Sequence record: NC_041994.1
Reading direction: 5' to 3' (one strand)
DNA: 64,000 nt
Shown here: positions 1 to 9,109 of the stretch, piece by piece
How positions within the stretch are numbered: position 1 is the first letter of the stretch
Layout: every line of letters begins with the position of its first letter
The notes under the pieces: generated by a model
Database searches by the model: none
What the model was told of the DNA's origin: nothing
The model's input: the letters and a program-made list of their open reading frames with translations, nothing else
Translations under genes and position numbers: made by a program

Positions 1-486
1 ATGACGCAGATTTGCATGATCGTGGCAGCCAACAAACAGGGGATTATCGGTAATCAGAACCGATTGCCGTGGTATATCCCAGAAGACCTTGCTTATTTTA
101 AGCGAGTCACCATGGGGTGCCCTGTAATCATGGGTCGTAAGACCTTTGAGTCCATTGGACGGGTGTTGCCAGGCCGTGCTAACTACGTGTTGACCAGCCG
201 AACCGAACCGATCGTAGGTGTTGCTCTACTGAACGAGCCGATCATTCCACCCAACCTTACTGAAGACCGGGTCTTTATCATCGGGGGCAGTGAAGTCTAT
301 AAGGCTTACGAGTCCCAGATCGAGCGGATTTATTTGACTGTGGTTGATTTGCCGGTAGAAGGCGATGCAAGCCTGCCGTTTCCGATCCAGTCGCCAAAGT
401 GGATGCTGACCACCTCTGAATACATTACGACAAAAGAGGGGGTCCGTCTCTGCTTCCAACAATGGTTCAGGAGCAAACATGAGTAG
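1..486 (+). CDS. folA: Dihydrofolate reductase
   Basis: Canonical DHFR motifs: IVAAN..GIIGNQNRLPWYIPEDLAYFKRVTMG.PVIMGRKTFESIGRVLPGR, and VFIIGGSEVY. Confidence 0.95.
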   Translation: MTQICMIVAANKQGIIGNQNRLPWYIPEDLAYFKRVTMGCPVIMGRKTFESIGRVLPGRANYVLTSRTEPIVGVALLNEPIIPPNLTEDRVFIIGGSEVYKAYESQIERIYLTVVDLPVEGDASLPFPIQSPKWMLTTSEYITTKEGVRLCFQQWFRSKHE

Positions 487-970
487 CTTCACTAAAGCAC
501 ACGCCGCGATTGTCTATGATCTACAGGCCTCGGGGTTACTGGGGCGTGATTACTGGCGTAACGTGGGGGCGTTCCGCTACTACATCGGGGCTGAAGGTTC
601 TGATGAATGGGTAGACGTACCCGCAGGCATTCTGTCGGACGGTGCTACTGTGCCGTTCCCTGTCAACGCCTTGATTCCACCATGGGGCAGCTACGCACAG
701 AACGTCATCTTGCATGACTACCTGTGCAACACGTATCAGAAGTCGGTACTGCGCAATGGTCAGGTGGTGCAGGTGGCTATCACTCGTAAAGAGATCGACT
801 CGATCTTGAACGAATCGATGCAGGTCACCAACGTCCCTGGCTACATCCGTATTGCCATCATGACCGGTGTTACGGGTTATCGCCTCGTGATGCGTCCAAG
901 CCAGCCTAGACGCAATCCTGAGCGTGTTCGTCTGGAAGCCTTGTACGATCCAGCCAAGTTCGCGTTTTAA
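479..970 (+). CDS. DUF1353-like phage protein
   Basis: Motif VPAGILSDGATVP...W..Y....ILHDYLC resembles the DUF1353 signature; overlaps the folA stop. Confidence 0.65.
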   Translation: MSSFTKAHAAIVYDLQASGLLGRDYWRNVGAFRYYIGAEGSDEWVDVPAGILSDGATVPFPVNALIPPWGSYAQNVILHDYLCNTYQKSVLRNGQVVQVAITRKEIDSILNESMQVTNVPGYIRIAIMTGVTGYRLVMRPSQPRRNPERVRLEALYDPAKFAF

Positions 971-971
971 C

Positions 972-1010
972 GGCATAGAGCCCCTCCCGCGGTGGGAGGG
1001 GCCTTATGTC
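972..1010. terminator. Bidirectional hairpin terminator (CCCCTCCC family)
   Basis: ggcata-gag-cccctccc-gcggt-gggagggg-cct-tatgtc between convergent genes. Confidence 0.8.
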
Positions 1011-1014
1011 CTGC

Positions 1015-3195
1015 TTATGCCGCTCGGCGGAAGCTAGAGTACGAAGTTGGGGTGTTGAAGCGTGCCATCCGCGATTGGCGAGCACGTTCATCAGTGGCTT
1101 GTTTGATCATGGCGTCGATACCCACACCGCCAGATTCTTCACCGAAGTCGATTTCCTGAGACAGACGACGCAGTTGCATCTCGATGCGGTTGGTCTGCAT
1201 CATGTCCTTGGTGGTCTTCAGGAGTTCCAAGAGGTTGTCGAAGACTTCACGCAGTTCAGCGTTACGTGCCATACGGCGACGATCGCTAGCGCTGGTGGTC
1301 TCATCGACGACACGGGCACGACACAGTACAGAGCCTGGGGCGATGCCGTAGTGGTTGAGGTTCTGGCCTTTGGTAACGAACCAGTGAGCCAGCAAGTAGG
1401 AGATGACCAAGTCGTCGTGTGCGCCTTTGGCGTGATCCACACGGCCGTCTTTAACCACCAGAGTGAAGAACTCGTTGATGAGCTCTTTGTCACGGACGCA
1501 ATGAGCACCGTAACGTACTGCCGACATCATGGTCTCGCCATAGAGGCTATCACGAGAATGACGACCGGAGCTGGAGGTGTTGAAGCCGAAGTAGCGCTTG
1601 TACGGCGTGTAGAAGCTGATCTGCCGTTGCACCACTGGGACTTGTAGACGACGGTATTCGTCTTGGAACTCGTCACGCTCATCCACGATACGGTTGTAGA
1701 TCCGACGAAACGGATCGATACCCATGGTGTTGAGGATGATGATCAGGCTATCGAGGATCGACAGACCAGTAGACTTACGCTCGAACATGAACGTGATGTT
1801 CGGGTATTTGACCAAGAGGTCTGCGATGAAGTTCGCATACTGCTCGATGTTGGTTTCGTTGACGCGGCAAGCCATCAGGATCTCGGCGGTCTCGACGTCG
1901 TACAGCGTCATACCCATGGCGTCGTTGTCGCCACCCAAGCCTTCCGATGGGTCGAGTGCCAGCACCGTACGACTGTTGGCCATACGCAGTGCCAGATCTT
2001 CTTGCTTGACGTACCAGCGCAGTACGTAGCGGTAGTCGTTGATCTGGGTGTAGAGTGGTTCCCACTCAGAGCGAGCGATCTTCGCACGGGTCTCTTCATC
2101 GAACGGCGAGCCAGTTGAGTCAGCGGTCCAGATGTTGAAGTAATCTCGGTCAGCCAGTTCACCAGAGGATGCGGAGTCACGCAGCTTACTCAACAGCCAC
2201 GCATCGTCCTTACCGAGCTGCCGGTGGTTGAACGCACCGTAGATCAGAGGCTTCAGCCCCGTCGCACCTTTGTCCACCACTTCATGCAAGGCTTCTTCAC
2301 CCGGCAAGTCAAAGTAGTGCTCAGACCACACCGCACCCGAGGTCAGGAACTGGTGAGCCCAACGGCCGTCACGAGTCAGGATCGAACCCGGAGTCGTTGT
2401 GAAGATGTTGCCATATGGCTGGTTGGCTTCTTTAGCCTGATCACGAGCAGCCGATGCCGAGGACAGAGCTACCGGCAAGGACACACCGATCAAGTTGATG
2501 TAAGGTACTTCGTCGAACTGCATGATCGGTACAGTCATACCACGGCCGAGTTTGTCGGCAGCGATCTTGTCGTTTCGACCTACAGCAGTCTTGTACTTGT
2601 TACCCAGACGGATACAGGTCAGCAGGTCGCTGTTGTCAGCATCGTTCGGGTTGTGTGGGTGGATGTAGTCAGGCAGCAGGTTACGAATTTCCTTCAGACG
2701 CTCCACGTTGGAGTTCTTCAGTTTCGTATCTTTCGTAATCAGGTTGATCGTGGTGTTCGATGCCCAGATGTACGTGAGACCTACAGTCAAGGAGTCAGTG
2801 GAACCGGACTTACCCGTCTGACGTGGCTGGATCAGCGCAAAGTCAACGTGGTTAAAGAAGCTCCAGTACAACGCGATGTTACCCCGGTTTGCCTTAAAGC
2901 GAATGGGGACGTCACCGGCGTTAGAAGGAAGCCTTGCGACTTCGCGGAAGTAGTACCATGGGTTGAAACGACACTCCATGGCGATCTTCATTTTGATTTC
3001 AGCTGACAGATCGTCGTCGTAAGGATCAATGCCAGACAGTTCGGGTTGGAGCAACGCCAGCGGGAACTCACAGTTCTCAATCCCCATCCGCTTGTAAAGT
3101 TTTACCAGACGGAGGAAGGATGTATTGCTGGTGTTATAGTCAACTACAGCAGTCGGGAATCGAGCCCAGTCCTGCTTCCAAAGAATCATTTCCAA
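1015..3195 (-). CDS. terL: Terminase large subunit (phiKZ gp25-like)
   Basis: Walker A QPRQTGKS, Walker B IMQFDE, nuclease-domain LALDPSEG and C-terminal HDDLV; 726 aa; TTG start 7 nt after GAGGA. Confidence 0.9.
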   Translation of the reverse strand: MEMILWKQDWARFPTAVVDYNTSNTSFLRLVKLYKRMGIENCEFPLALLQPELSGIDPYDDDLSAEIKMKIAMECRFNPWYYFREVARLPSNAGDVPIRFKANRGNIALYWSFFNHVDFALIQPRQTGKSGSTDSLTVGLTYIWASNTTINLITKDTKLKNSNVERLKEIRNLLPDYIHPHNPNDADNSDLLTCIRLGNKYKTAVGRNDKIAADKLGRGMTVPIMQFDEVPYINLIGVSLPVALSSASAARDQAKEANQPYGNIFTTTPGSILTRDGRWAHQFLTSGAVWSEHYFDLPGEEALHEVVDKGATGLKPLIYGAFNHRQLGKDDAWLLSKLRDSASSGELADRDYFNIWTADSTGSPFDEETRAKIARSEWEPLYTQINDYRYVLRWYVKQEDLALRMANSRTVLALDPSEGLGGDNDAMGMTLYDVETAEILMACRVNETNIEQYANFIADLLVKYPNITFMFERKSTGLSILDSLIIILNTMGIDPFRRIYNRIVDERDEFQDEYRRLQVPVVQRQISFYTPYKRYFGFNTSSSGRHSRDSLYGETMMSAVRYGAHCVRDKELINEFFTLVVKDGRVDHAKGAHDDLVISYLLAHWFVTKGQNLNHYGIAPGSVLCRARVVDETTSASDRRRMARNAELREVFDNLLELLKTTKDMMQTNRIEMQLRRLSQEIDFGEESGGVGIDAMIKQATDERARQSRMARFNTPTSYSSFRRAA

Positions 3196-3302
3196 GTTGT
3201 CATCCTCGGTAAATTACGGATATGCCCTAGACGGAATAAAGAGAAAAAGGGCGGTTATACACCATACCATTGGAAAAACACTCGATTCCACTGTATTTAA
3301 AA

Positions 3303-3322
3303 CCTATATTGTACTTGCGAAT
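3303..3322 (+). promoter_or_regulatory. Putative early promoter, degenerate copy
   Basis: cctatattgt-actt-gcgaat matches the NCTATATCAY-N4-GTGAAT family; heads the accessory cassette. Confidence 0.55.
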
Positions 3323-3366
3323 ATGAAGAATAATCTTCGTAACTTCCCCTTTTAAGGAGAAACACC

Positions 3367-4014
3367 ATGTTGAAGAAATCTGATCTGCTGGCTATGTACA
3401 ACGAAGTACAGGCTATCGTTCCGGATGCCAAGGTTGCACTGGCTGACAACACTGCGCTGTTCTTTCACGGTATCGTGAAGACAGCTAACAGTGCTATCTT
3501 CGAGGTGAGTGCGACGTTGTTCGAGACCGCACGTCAGCGGACTGGCAACTTCGTGTCCACCGATCTGGGTGTTCGTGGGTTGTTCCTGCGTGACGGTCTG
3601 CTGCTGCTTGAAGGCGTGCATGCGGACATCGTTTGGCAGGAGGGTGTGCCGATGTACACGCTGGAAGCGATGCGTGTACGGTACGAGCTGATGGGTCGTG
3701 GTGAAAAGCCGTTTGCATCTTCGCATGCTCGGTTTGCCTACGACATCGGTCAGCTCCAAGCTAAGCTGGCTGAACCTGAGCCAGCGGCACCGGTGGCGCA
3801 ACCTGTGGCCCATGTCGAGCCTGACTTCGGTGAACTCACGGAAGCTGAAGCAGCTTTCCGGGATCGCTGCAAGAAGGCTGACTGGTACTACGGTTACAGC
3901 GATAGCCTCCAGGTCTTTAAGGCCGGTCGGGCTTGCTGTGATGCGCTGAAGGCTGAGTCGGTACAGCACGGTGGCAACTACGCCGCGCTGTATCAGTACT
4001 ACAGCACCCGTTAA
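3367..4014 (+). CDS. Hypothetical protein with C-terminal DWYY-x-YSD domain
   Basis: SD AAGGAG, typical codon usage; C-terminal ADWYYGYSDSLQVFKAG resembles a small domain recurrent in phage proteins. Confidence 0.75.
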   Translation: MLKKSDLLAMYNEVQAIVPDAKVALADNTALFFHGIVKTANSAIFEVSATLFETARQRTGNFVSTDLGVRGLFLRDGLLLLEGVHADIVWQEGVPMYTLEAMRVRYELMGRGEKPFASSHARFAYDIGQLQAKLAEPEPAAPVAQPVAHVEPDFGELTEAEAAFRDRCKKADWYYGYSDSLQVFKAGRACCDALKAESVQHGGNYAALYQYYSTR

Positions 4015-4020
4015 CCGTAC

Positions 4021-4046
4021 ACCCCTCCCTCAATCGGGGGAGGGTT
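4021..4046 (+). terminator. Hairpin (CCCTCCC family)
   Basis: ccctccc-tcaatcg-gggaggg directly after the stop at 4014. Confidence 0.6.
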
Positions 4047-4064
4047 TAACCAAGGAGTAGTGTC

Positions 4065-4142
4065 ATGCAAGGTCTCTTCCGCGTTATCATCCTGGTTGCG
4101 ATTGTGGTGCTCGTTGCAGACATCGCCACCAACAAACAGTAA
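4065..4142 (+). CDS. 25-aa single-pass membrane microprotein (not in ORF track)
   Basis: AAGGAG 7 nt before ATG; MQGLFRVIILVAIVVLVADIATNKQ*; fills the gap exactly. Confidence 0.6.
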   Translation: MQGLFRVIILVAIVVLVADIATNKQ

Positions 4143-4176
4143 CCTGTTTTCAATTATCCCTTTAAGGAATAACGTC

Positions 4177-4515
4177 ATGACGATCAAACACACAATGACC
4201 GCACACCAGTTCAATCAGCAACAACACATGCAGATGCGTGGCGACAGCTTCAAGACGGCCGGCACTCGGGTGTATCTGTTCGAAGGTGCAACGGTGCTGG
4301 TGGATGAAGCCACCAAAACCATCACCGCTGTAAACCGCGTGCCCGGTAAGTCGTTCGAACCCATCATCGCAATCCGTCGTATCGCTTACTACCTCGGTCA
4401 TGTAAACTACCGCGGTGAGCGTCACGAGCTGGAGATCCTACGTGCAGAGACCAGTGCGTACAGTTGGCTCTTCAGCAAAGCGATGCACTTGTTCCCCAAG
4501 TCGTTCTTTAACTAA
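4177..4515 (+). CDS. Hypothetical protein
   Basis: Start moved from 4060 to ATG 4177, which follows AAGGA; 112 aa. Confidence 0.7.
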   Translation: MTIKHTMTAHQFNQQQHMQMRGDSFKTAGTRVYLFEGATVLVDEATKTITAVNRVPGKSFEPIIAIRRIAYYLGHVNYRGERHELEILRAETSAYSWLFSKAMHLFPKSFFN

Positions 4516-4535
4516 TTCCCCTTTAAGGAGAAACC

Positions 4536-4988
4536 ATGAAATTTGCCTCTCTGAAAGACTGCCTCAAGTTCTTCAACATGTCGATGATCGAACACAATCA
4601 TCGGGAGCATGTGGAGTACAACGTGATGCAACGTCACGAGGTGCGCATCGACAAGATCGGTGCTCACCCAAGCTACGTGATCACGGGTCTGGCAGGCGAC
4701 ATCTTCATCTTTACTCCGGTGAAGCGTTCGAACCTTGCTAAGGCCACCGGTTATAAGCTGGCGATCGACGGCAGTGTTGAGGATGGCGTGGGTCCTGAAC
4801 CACTGACCAAACGCACCACAGCCCTGTTTGAACTGGCGGTGTTCAAAGGTTACACACCCGTTGCACTGTTGGCGTGCATCAACGAGCACCGGACCTGTAA
4901 TCTGGCCCCTGAAGAGCTCGATGACTTTGACGAAGCTTATCGTGAAGAACTCGATCATCTTCAGACCATGCTTGAGTTTCTGATCTGA
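4536..4988 (+). CDS. Hypothetical protein
   Basis: SD AAGGAG; 150 aa; codon usage like neighbours. Confidence 0.75.
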   Translation: MKFASLKDCLKFFNMSMIEHNHREHVEYNVMQRHEVRIDKIGAHPSYVITGLAGDIFIFTPVKRSNLAKATGYKLAIDGSVEDGVGPEPLTKRTTALFELAVFKGYTPVALLACINEHRTCNLAPEELDDFDEAYREELDHLQTMLEFLI

Positions 4989-4993
4989 ACACA

Positions 4994-5022
4994 CCGGGGC
5001 TGACAACCCCGGCTTTCTTTTC
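4994..5022 (+). terminator. Intrinsic terminator
   Basis: ccgggg-ctgacaa-ccccgg followed by ctttctttt. Confidence 0.7.
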
Positions 5023-5074
5023 TGTACCTTTTCCTTTCTAACACCCACCATAAGCAATCTCTCGGAGAATAACC

Positions 5075-5716
5075 ATGACTACTATCCACGCTCGCATCGA
5101 CTCCAGCAAACTGTCCAACCTGCGGATGATTAGCAGCAACCGCGCTGAGTACAACGGTCGTCAGATCGACTTCACCACCACATTCACCAACCACCTGGAA
5201 ATCCGGGCAATTCGTGAACTGAATGGCCACACTGTCTCGGCGAGTGAACTGCGTAACTGGCCTGACTACCGTGTGGCTCAAGACGAAGGTATCATGGCGT
5301 TGTTCGCTTCCAACAAGAAGTGGACCTCGCTGAAGTTCGGTATCGATACCCACAAGGTCGATCTGCAAGTGGTGCAAGGCCACAGCGAACCGAAGGAAAC
5401 CGAAGACCTCGCACACCTGCTGTACTGCATCGAACTGATGGCAGATGGGTTTGCTTACGAGTCCGGCGGTGTCTTCAGTGAGATCCGTCAAATCGGTTAC
5501 CACGATGCGATCAATCTGGCGAGCACGGGCAGTGCCAGCAGTCTGCGAGTGAAAACTCGTCTGGGTCAGTTGGAGTTCTGGGCTCCTGTTCTGGATGTAG
5601 TGGCTAACATCCCGCGTCAACGGCGTCCGTCCGTATCGGAATCCAACTACGCTACGGCGGGTGAAACCATTGCCCGCATTGTGGGTATTGGCATGGCTGC
5701 TCTCCTGCGTCGTTAA
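5075..5716 (+). CDS. Hypothetical protein
   Basis: SD GGAG; 213 aa. Confidence 0.75.
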   Translation: MTTIHARIDSSKLSNLRMISSNRAEYNGRQIDFTTTFTNHLEIRAIRELNGHTVSASELRNWPDYRVAQDEGIMALFASNKKWTSLKFGIDTHKVDLQVVQGHSEPKETEDLAHLLYCIELMADGFAYESGGVFSEIRQIGYHDAINLASTGSASSLRVKTRLGQLEFWAPVLDVVANIPRQRRPSVSESNYATAGETIARIVGIGMAALLRR

Positions 5717-5736
5717 GACGTGGGTTTGTAGCTGAC

Positions 5737-5773
5737 GACATACACCCTCCCCGTTATGGGGAGGGCTCTCTTT
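5737..5773 (+). terminator. Hairpin terminator (CCCTCCCC family)
   Basis: gacata-ca-ccctcccc-gttat-ggggaggg-ctctcttt. Confidence 0.7.
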
Positions 5774-5794
5774 ATCCTTTTAAGGAAAATCATT

Positions 5795-6172
5795 ATGCGT
5801 ATTGTAAACCATGCTGCTTTCATGGAACTGCCACAGGGTACCGTTTATGCCCGTCATCACGCGGGTAACTTCGGTGAGTTCGAAATCAAGCTAGAGAACA
5901 CTGGCCCTAAAAGCTGGCAGTTCTTTATCGTGGCTCCGGCCAACTTCGAACTGGATGACACCGAAGACTACTTCGAGACCCTGAAGAACATTACCGAGCC
6001 CAATGTTGCGGCCACCGGTATGGCCTTCAACCAGTACTACAACGAAGACCCTGATAACACAGACTTCGTTGGTAAGGAAAACCACGAGTACGAGTACGCG
6101 GTGTTCTCGGACTGGGATATCCAGAACATGGTTCTGCTGTTCCAGAAGTTCCTCCCTAAAAGTCTGTCCTAA
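5795..6172 (+). CDS. Hypothetical acidic protein
   Basis: Start moved to ATG 5795, after AAGGA; 125 aa. Confidence 0.7.
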   Translation: MRIVNHAAFMELPQGTVYARHHAGNFGEFEIKLENTGPKSWQFFIVAPANFELDDTEDYFETLKNITEPNVAATGMAFNQYYNEDPDNTDFVGKENHEYEYAVFSDWDIQNMVLLFQKFLPKSLS

Positions 6173-6183
6173 GTTTCCTTAGG

Positions 6184-6204
6184 ACTATATCACGTTAGTG
6201 AATT
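6184..6204 (+). promoter_or_regulatory. Putative early promoter
   Basis: actatatcac-gtta-gtgaatt, 46 nt before the next start. Confidence 0.7.
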
Positions 6205-6229
6205 GCTATCCCTTTTAAGGAGTAATACT

Positions 6230-6706
6230 GTGGCGAATGAAAAACCTAAGTTCCTGGGTCTGGATTGGCAGACTGTTGACCTGAATGATCTTCAAGGGTC
6301 GATCAAGGCCTGGTGTGATGACCGGCGTAACCTGCTGACTGGGTTGCGCTACTTCATTCTGATCCAAGACCGTGATGGTGGTGGCTACGAGGTCATCCAG
6401 AACAACAAGGCGTGGCCGCTGCTGCGTAAGGTATCGCTGGGTTACGTGAGTGTGTACCTCAAGCGCAAGTACGGTCAGTCGAAGGTGGCTGCCAACGTCA
6501 ACGTATGGATCTCGACTGACGACCACACCTTCTGGAAACAGGAGTTGGAAAACGCAATGCTCGGGCAGTGGGCTAACAAAGAAGCCGAGGCAGTGCGTGC
6601 ACGTAAAGTCGGCGAATGGCTTTCTGGTAAACCGGATCGTCAGGAACATTGGTTAAAGACAGCGCCAGATGCTTTGGCGTGGCTCAAAGAAAACAACTAC
6701 TGCTAA
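6230..6706 (+). CDS. Hypothetical protein
   Basis: GTG start after AAGGAG; 158 aa. Confidence 0.7.
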   Translation: MANEKPKFLGLDWQTVDLNDLQGSIKAWCDDRRNLLTGLRYFILIQDRDGGGYEVIQNNKAWPLLRKVSLGYVSVYLKRKYGQSKVAANVNVWISTDDHTFWKQELENAMLGQWANKEAEAVRARKVGEWLSGKPDRQEHWLKTAPDALAWLKENNYC

Positions 6707-6737
6707 TCATCGCACCACCCCTATAAGGAGTAAGACT

Positions 6738-7025
6738 ATGAACCTCGGTAAAAACATCATCCAAGACATCCAACCCTTCGTTGACGTCATCATCGCTGAC
6801 GCGGCCGATCACGCGAACTGGCCAAGCTTTGCCAAGTTCAAGATCAGCTTCCGTCTGGACATCGACGGTCGTGGCTTCGGCAAGACCCAGCACCAGTACT
6901 TCTCTTCGGCCAAGGAAGTGAGCTGGTGGGAGTCCGATCGTGCTAACCGCGATCGCGTCAAAGCGGACTACACTGTCTACGAGTGGGACAACGGTCCTCG
7001 CGTCATCAAACACAACTGGTTCTAA
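6738..7025 (+). CDS. Hypothetical protein
   Basis: ATG after AAGGAG; 95 aa. Confidence 0.7.
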   Translation: MNLGKNIIQDIQPFVDVIIADAADHANWPSFAKFKISFRLDIDGRGFGKTQHQYFSSAKEVSWWESDRANRDRVKADYTVYEWDNGPRVIKHNWF

Positions 7026-7035
7026 GGAGTACAAC

Positions 7036-7380
7036 ATGTCCAAAGAACTGGCTGAGTTTGTAACACAGGCCAACATTCAGATTGACAGTGAGGGTCAACT
7101 GTTTGTTTATGTCAGCGATATGCTGGAGGGTACTGACGACTGTAGTACCAAAGCCGTCCAGTGGGCCTGTAACGTCGTTAACGAAGAAGGCGTGAAAGAA
7201 CACAACCTGGCACTGCTGGTTGACCTGCCGATCGCCGTAGACGAGCTGCTAGAGTTTCATAACGAAGGCACCGAGGACGCTAAAGAAATCCCGGTGTCGT
7301 GTAAACCACAGTTCGATGCATTGCGGGCGCAGCTTGTAGAAGCTATCGCCCGTCTGGACCGCGTCGCTTACAAATACTAG
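7036..7380 (+). CDS. Hypothetical acidic protein
   Basis: ATG after AAGGAG that overlaps the previous stop; 114 aa. Confidence 0.7.
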   Translation: MSKELAEFVTQANIQIDSEGQLFVYVSDMLEGTDDCSTKAVQWACNVVNEEGVKEHNLALLVDLPIAVDELLEFHNEGTEDAKEIPVSCKPQFDALRAQLVEAIARLDRVAYKY

Positions 7381-7388
7381 GTGTCTCC

Positions 7389-7655
7389 ATGCAAATTACC
7401 GTCACTGGGCAGCAAGAACACATCGCCCGTCAGCCCGCGTTTATTGAGCTGGTTAGGAAATGCGAAGAAGCTTTGGCCATGGGTATTACCCACAACGACT
7501 GCGTTGCCGGGATGGACAAGTACATCAGTGTGGATACTGATGCTGATGACTACATTCGTCTCGCCGTTATCGAAACCTACCAGGCGGCGGGTTGGAAGTG
7601 GATCTCCGATCGCTACATCGGCGAACTGCGTTTCGTGTTGCCATCTGAAGACTAA
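7389..7655 (+). CDS. Hypothetical protein
   Basis: AGGT SD; 88 aa; tightly packed with neighbours. Confidence 0.65.
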   Translation: MQITVTGQQEHIARQPAFIELVRKCEEALAMGITHNDCVAGMDKYISVDTDADDYIRLAVIETYQAAGWKWISDRYIGELRFVLPSED

Positions 7656-7663
7656 CAAACCTA

Positions 7664-7697
7664 CCCACTCGCCTTATTAGGATAGTGGGCTTTTATT
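7664..7697 (+). terminator. Hairpin with internal loop and U-tract
   Basis: cccact-cg-cct-tatt-agg-at-agtggg-ctttt. Confidence 0.5.
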
Positions 7698-7720
7698 CCG
7701 AATCGTACTGGAGTCATGTA

Positions 7721-8506
7721 ATGACCAAGCAAGATTACTACCGTAAGTGGTTTGAAACCAAGCGTAAATTCATCATGGAAACCCAAGAGTGTCATGCCGA
7801 GGGCATTTCCGCTCTGGAGATTGTTGCCCAGATCTTCGGTATCACCACTTACGACAGCGACATGGAATGCCACTTCGCTCGCATCATTCTGCCTGTGATG
7901 TTGGCCGTGGCCAGGGGTAAGCCGTACGACTACCACGAACAGTCGGAGCAACACTATATCGACTATCTAATGGTCTGCAACTTCACCGCCATCGAACCCC
8001 TGTTGGAATGGGGTACCTCTATCCGGGGTGCTTGGTTCTCGCCACCAAAGGAAGGTTTCAGGCCTGACGATGGTATCGGGGTGTACTCCGACGAAGCCGA
8101 TAAGCCAATGATCATTGCTGATCGTGATGACTTCTTGGCGTTCATGGAAATGCTTGACGCGGTGGTGCAAGAAGAATCGGGTCCTATCGAACTGCCAGTA
8201 TTGGCTGAGTACGATAACGACCCGGCTGCTCTCAAGCAGTTGCAATTGGCGAAGATCGTCACCGACGTCAATAACTCGATTGCTACCGCGATGGAAGACC
8301 AGGTGATCGAGTCGATGGAACAAGCCGAAGACCTCATCACCAAAGCGGTGAATGCGGTATTGAAGCCACTGGTCGAGGGCGGCATGAAAGAAGCCGAGAC
8401 GCACTGGAAGATGCTGCGCCAAGAACCTACCTCGGCACAACCGCGCTGGGGTTGGCTGATCACCCTCACCACACCGTTCGGTGAAGGCACTATCACCCTG
8501 TCGTAA
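7721..8506 (+). CDS. Conserved phage hypothetical protein (LEWGTSIRGAWF motif)
   Basis: ATG after GGAG; the motif is recalled from other phage proteins; 261 aa. Confidence 0.7.
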   Translation: MTKQDYYRKWFETKRKFIMETQECHAEGISALEIVAQIFGITTYDSDMECHFARIILPVMLAVARGKPYDYHEQSEQHYIDYLMVCNFTAIEPLLEWGTSIRGAWFSPPKEGFRPDDGIGVYSDEADKPMIIADRDDFLAFMEMLDAVVQEESGPIELPVLAEYDNDPAALKQLQLAKIVTDVNNSIATAMEDQVIESMEQAEDLITKAVNAVLKPLVEGGMKEAETHWKMLRQEPTSAQPRWGWLITLTTPFGEGTITLS

Positions 8507-8512
8507 CCCAAG

Positions 8513-8538
8513 GCCCCGACTTCGGTCGGGGCTTATTC
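8513..8538 (+). terminator. Intrinsic terminator
   Basis: gccccgac-TTCG-gtcggggc-ttatt (cUUCGg loop). Confidence 0.8.
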
Positions 8539-8563
8539 CCCAACTTACCTTTTGAGGTGAAAC

Positions 8564-9109
8564 ATGACACTGCCTAAACACGCGCTCGATAAACTCGAAA
8601 ACGCACTTTTCTTTCATTACCCCGTACCTACCCACGCTAATCACGAAGATGCGGAGATCGATACGGCTAAGCTTCAAGTGATGCTTACCCAACTCGGCCT
8701 CTCCACCTTGGTAGATTACGACAAGGTAGTGTGCGCTTATTTTTATCCTGGTTTCGATACCACCAAGGTCACCTGTGCTCAGGTCGGTATTGTCACTGAT
8801 ACGTCGTATTTCCACGTCAGTGCTGACCATGAGCTATTCCGTCATGTGTTGGTAGAGCGTTGGCCGTTGGTGATGGATCAAGCGACGTATCACCTATACG
8901 CGTCGCACAGCAAGAACCCCAACCAACTCGTGTCGTGGCCATCGTCTCAGACGAAGTTCTATCTGAGCCACGTCGGCTACAGCAACATGAAGTGGACCAA
9001 CGACGAGGATGACTCGGGTCTGCAAGTAGAGCTGGTTCGCGAGCAAGCCGTACACCTCGCTGAAACCATGATCCTCCTCACCGAACGCGACAAGGAAGAA
9101 GAAGCATGA
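8564..9109 (+). CDS. Hypothetical protein
   Basis: SD GAGGTG; 181 aa. Confidence 0.7.
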   Translation: MTLPKHALDKLENALFFHYPVPTHANHEDAEIDTAKLQVMLTQLGLSTLVDYDKVVCAYFYPGFDTTKVTCAQVGIVTDTSYFHVSADHELFRHVLVERWPLVMDQATYHLYASHSKNPNQLVSWPSSQTKFYLSHVGYSNMKWTNDEDDSGLQVELVREQAVHLAETMILLTERDKEEEA

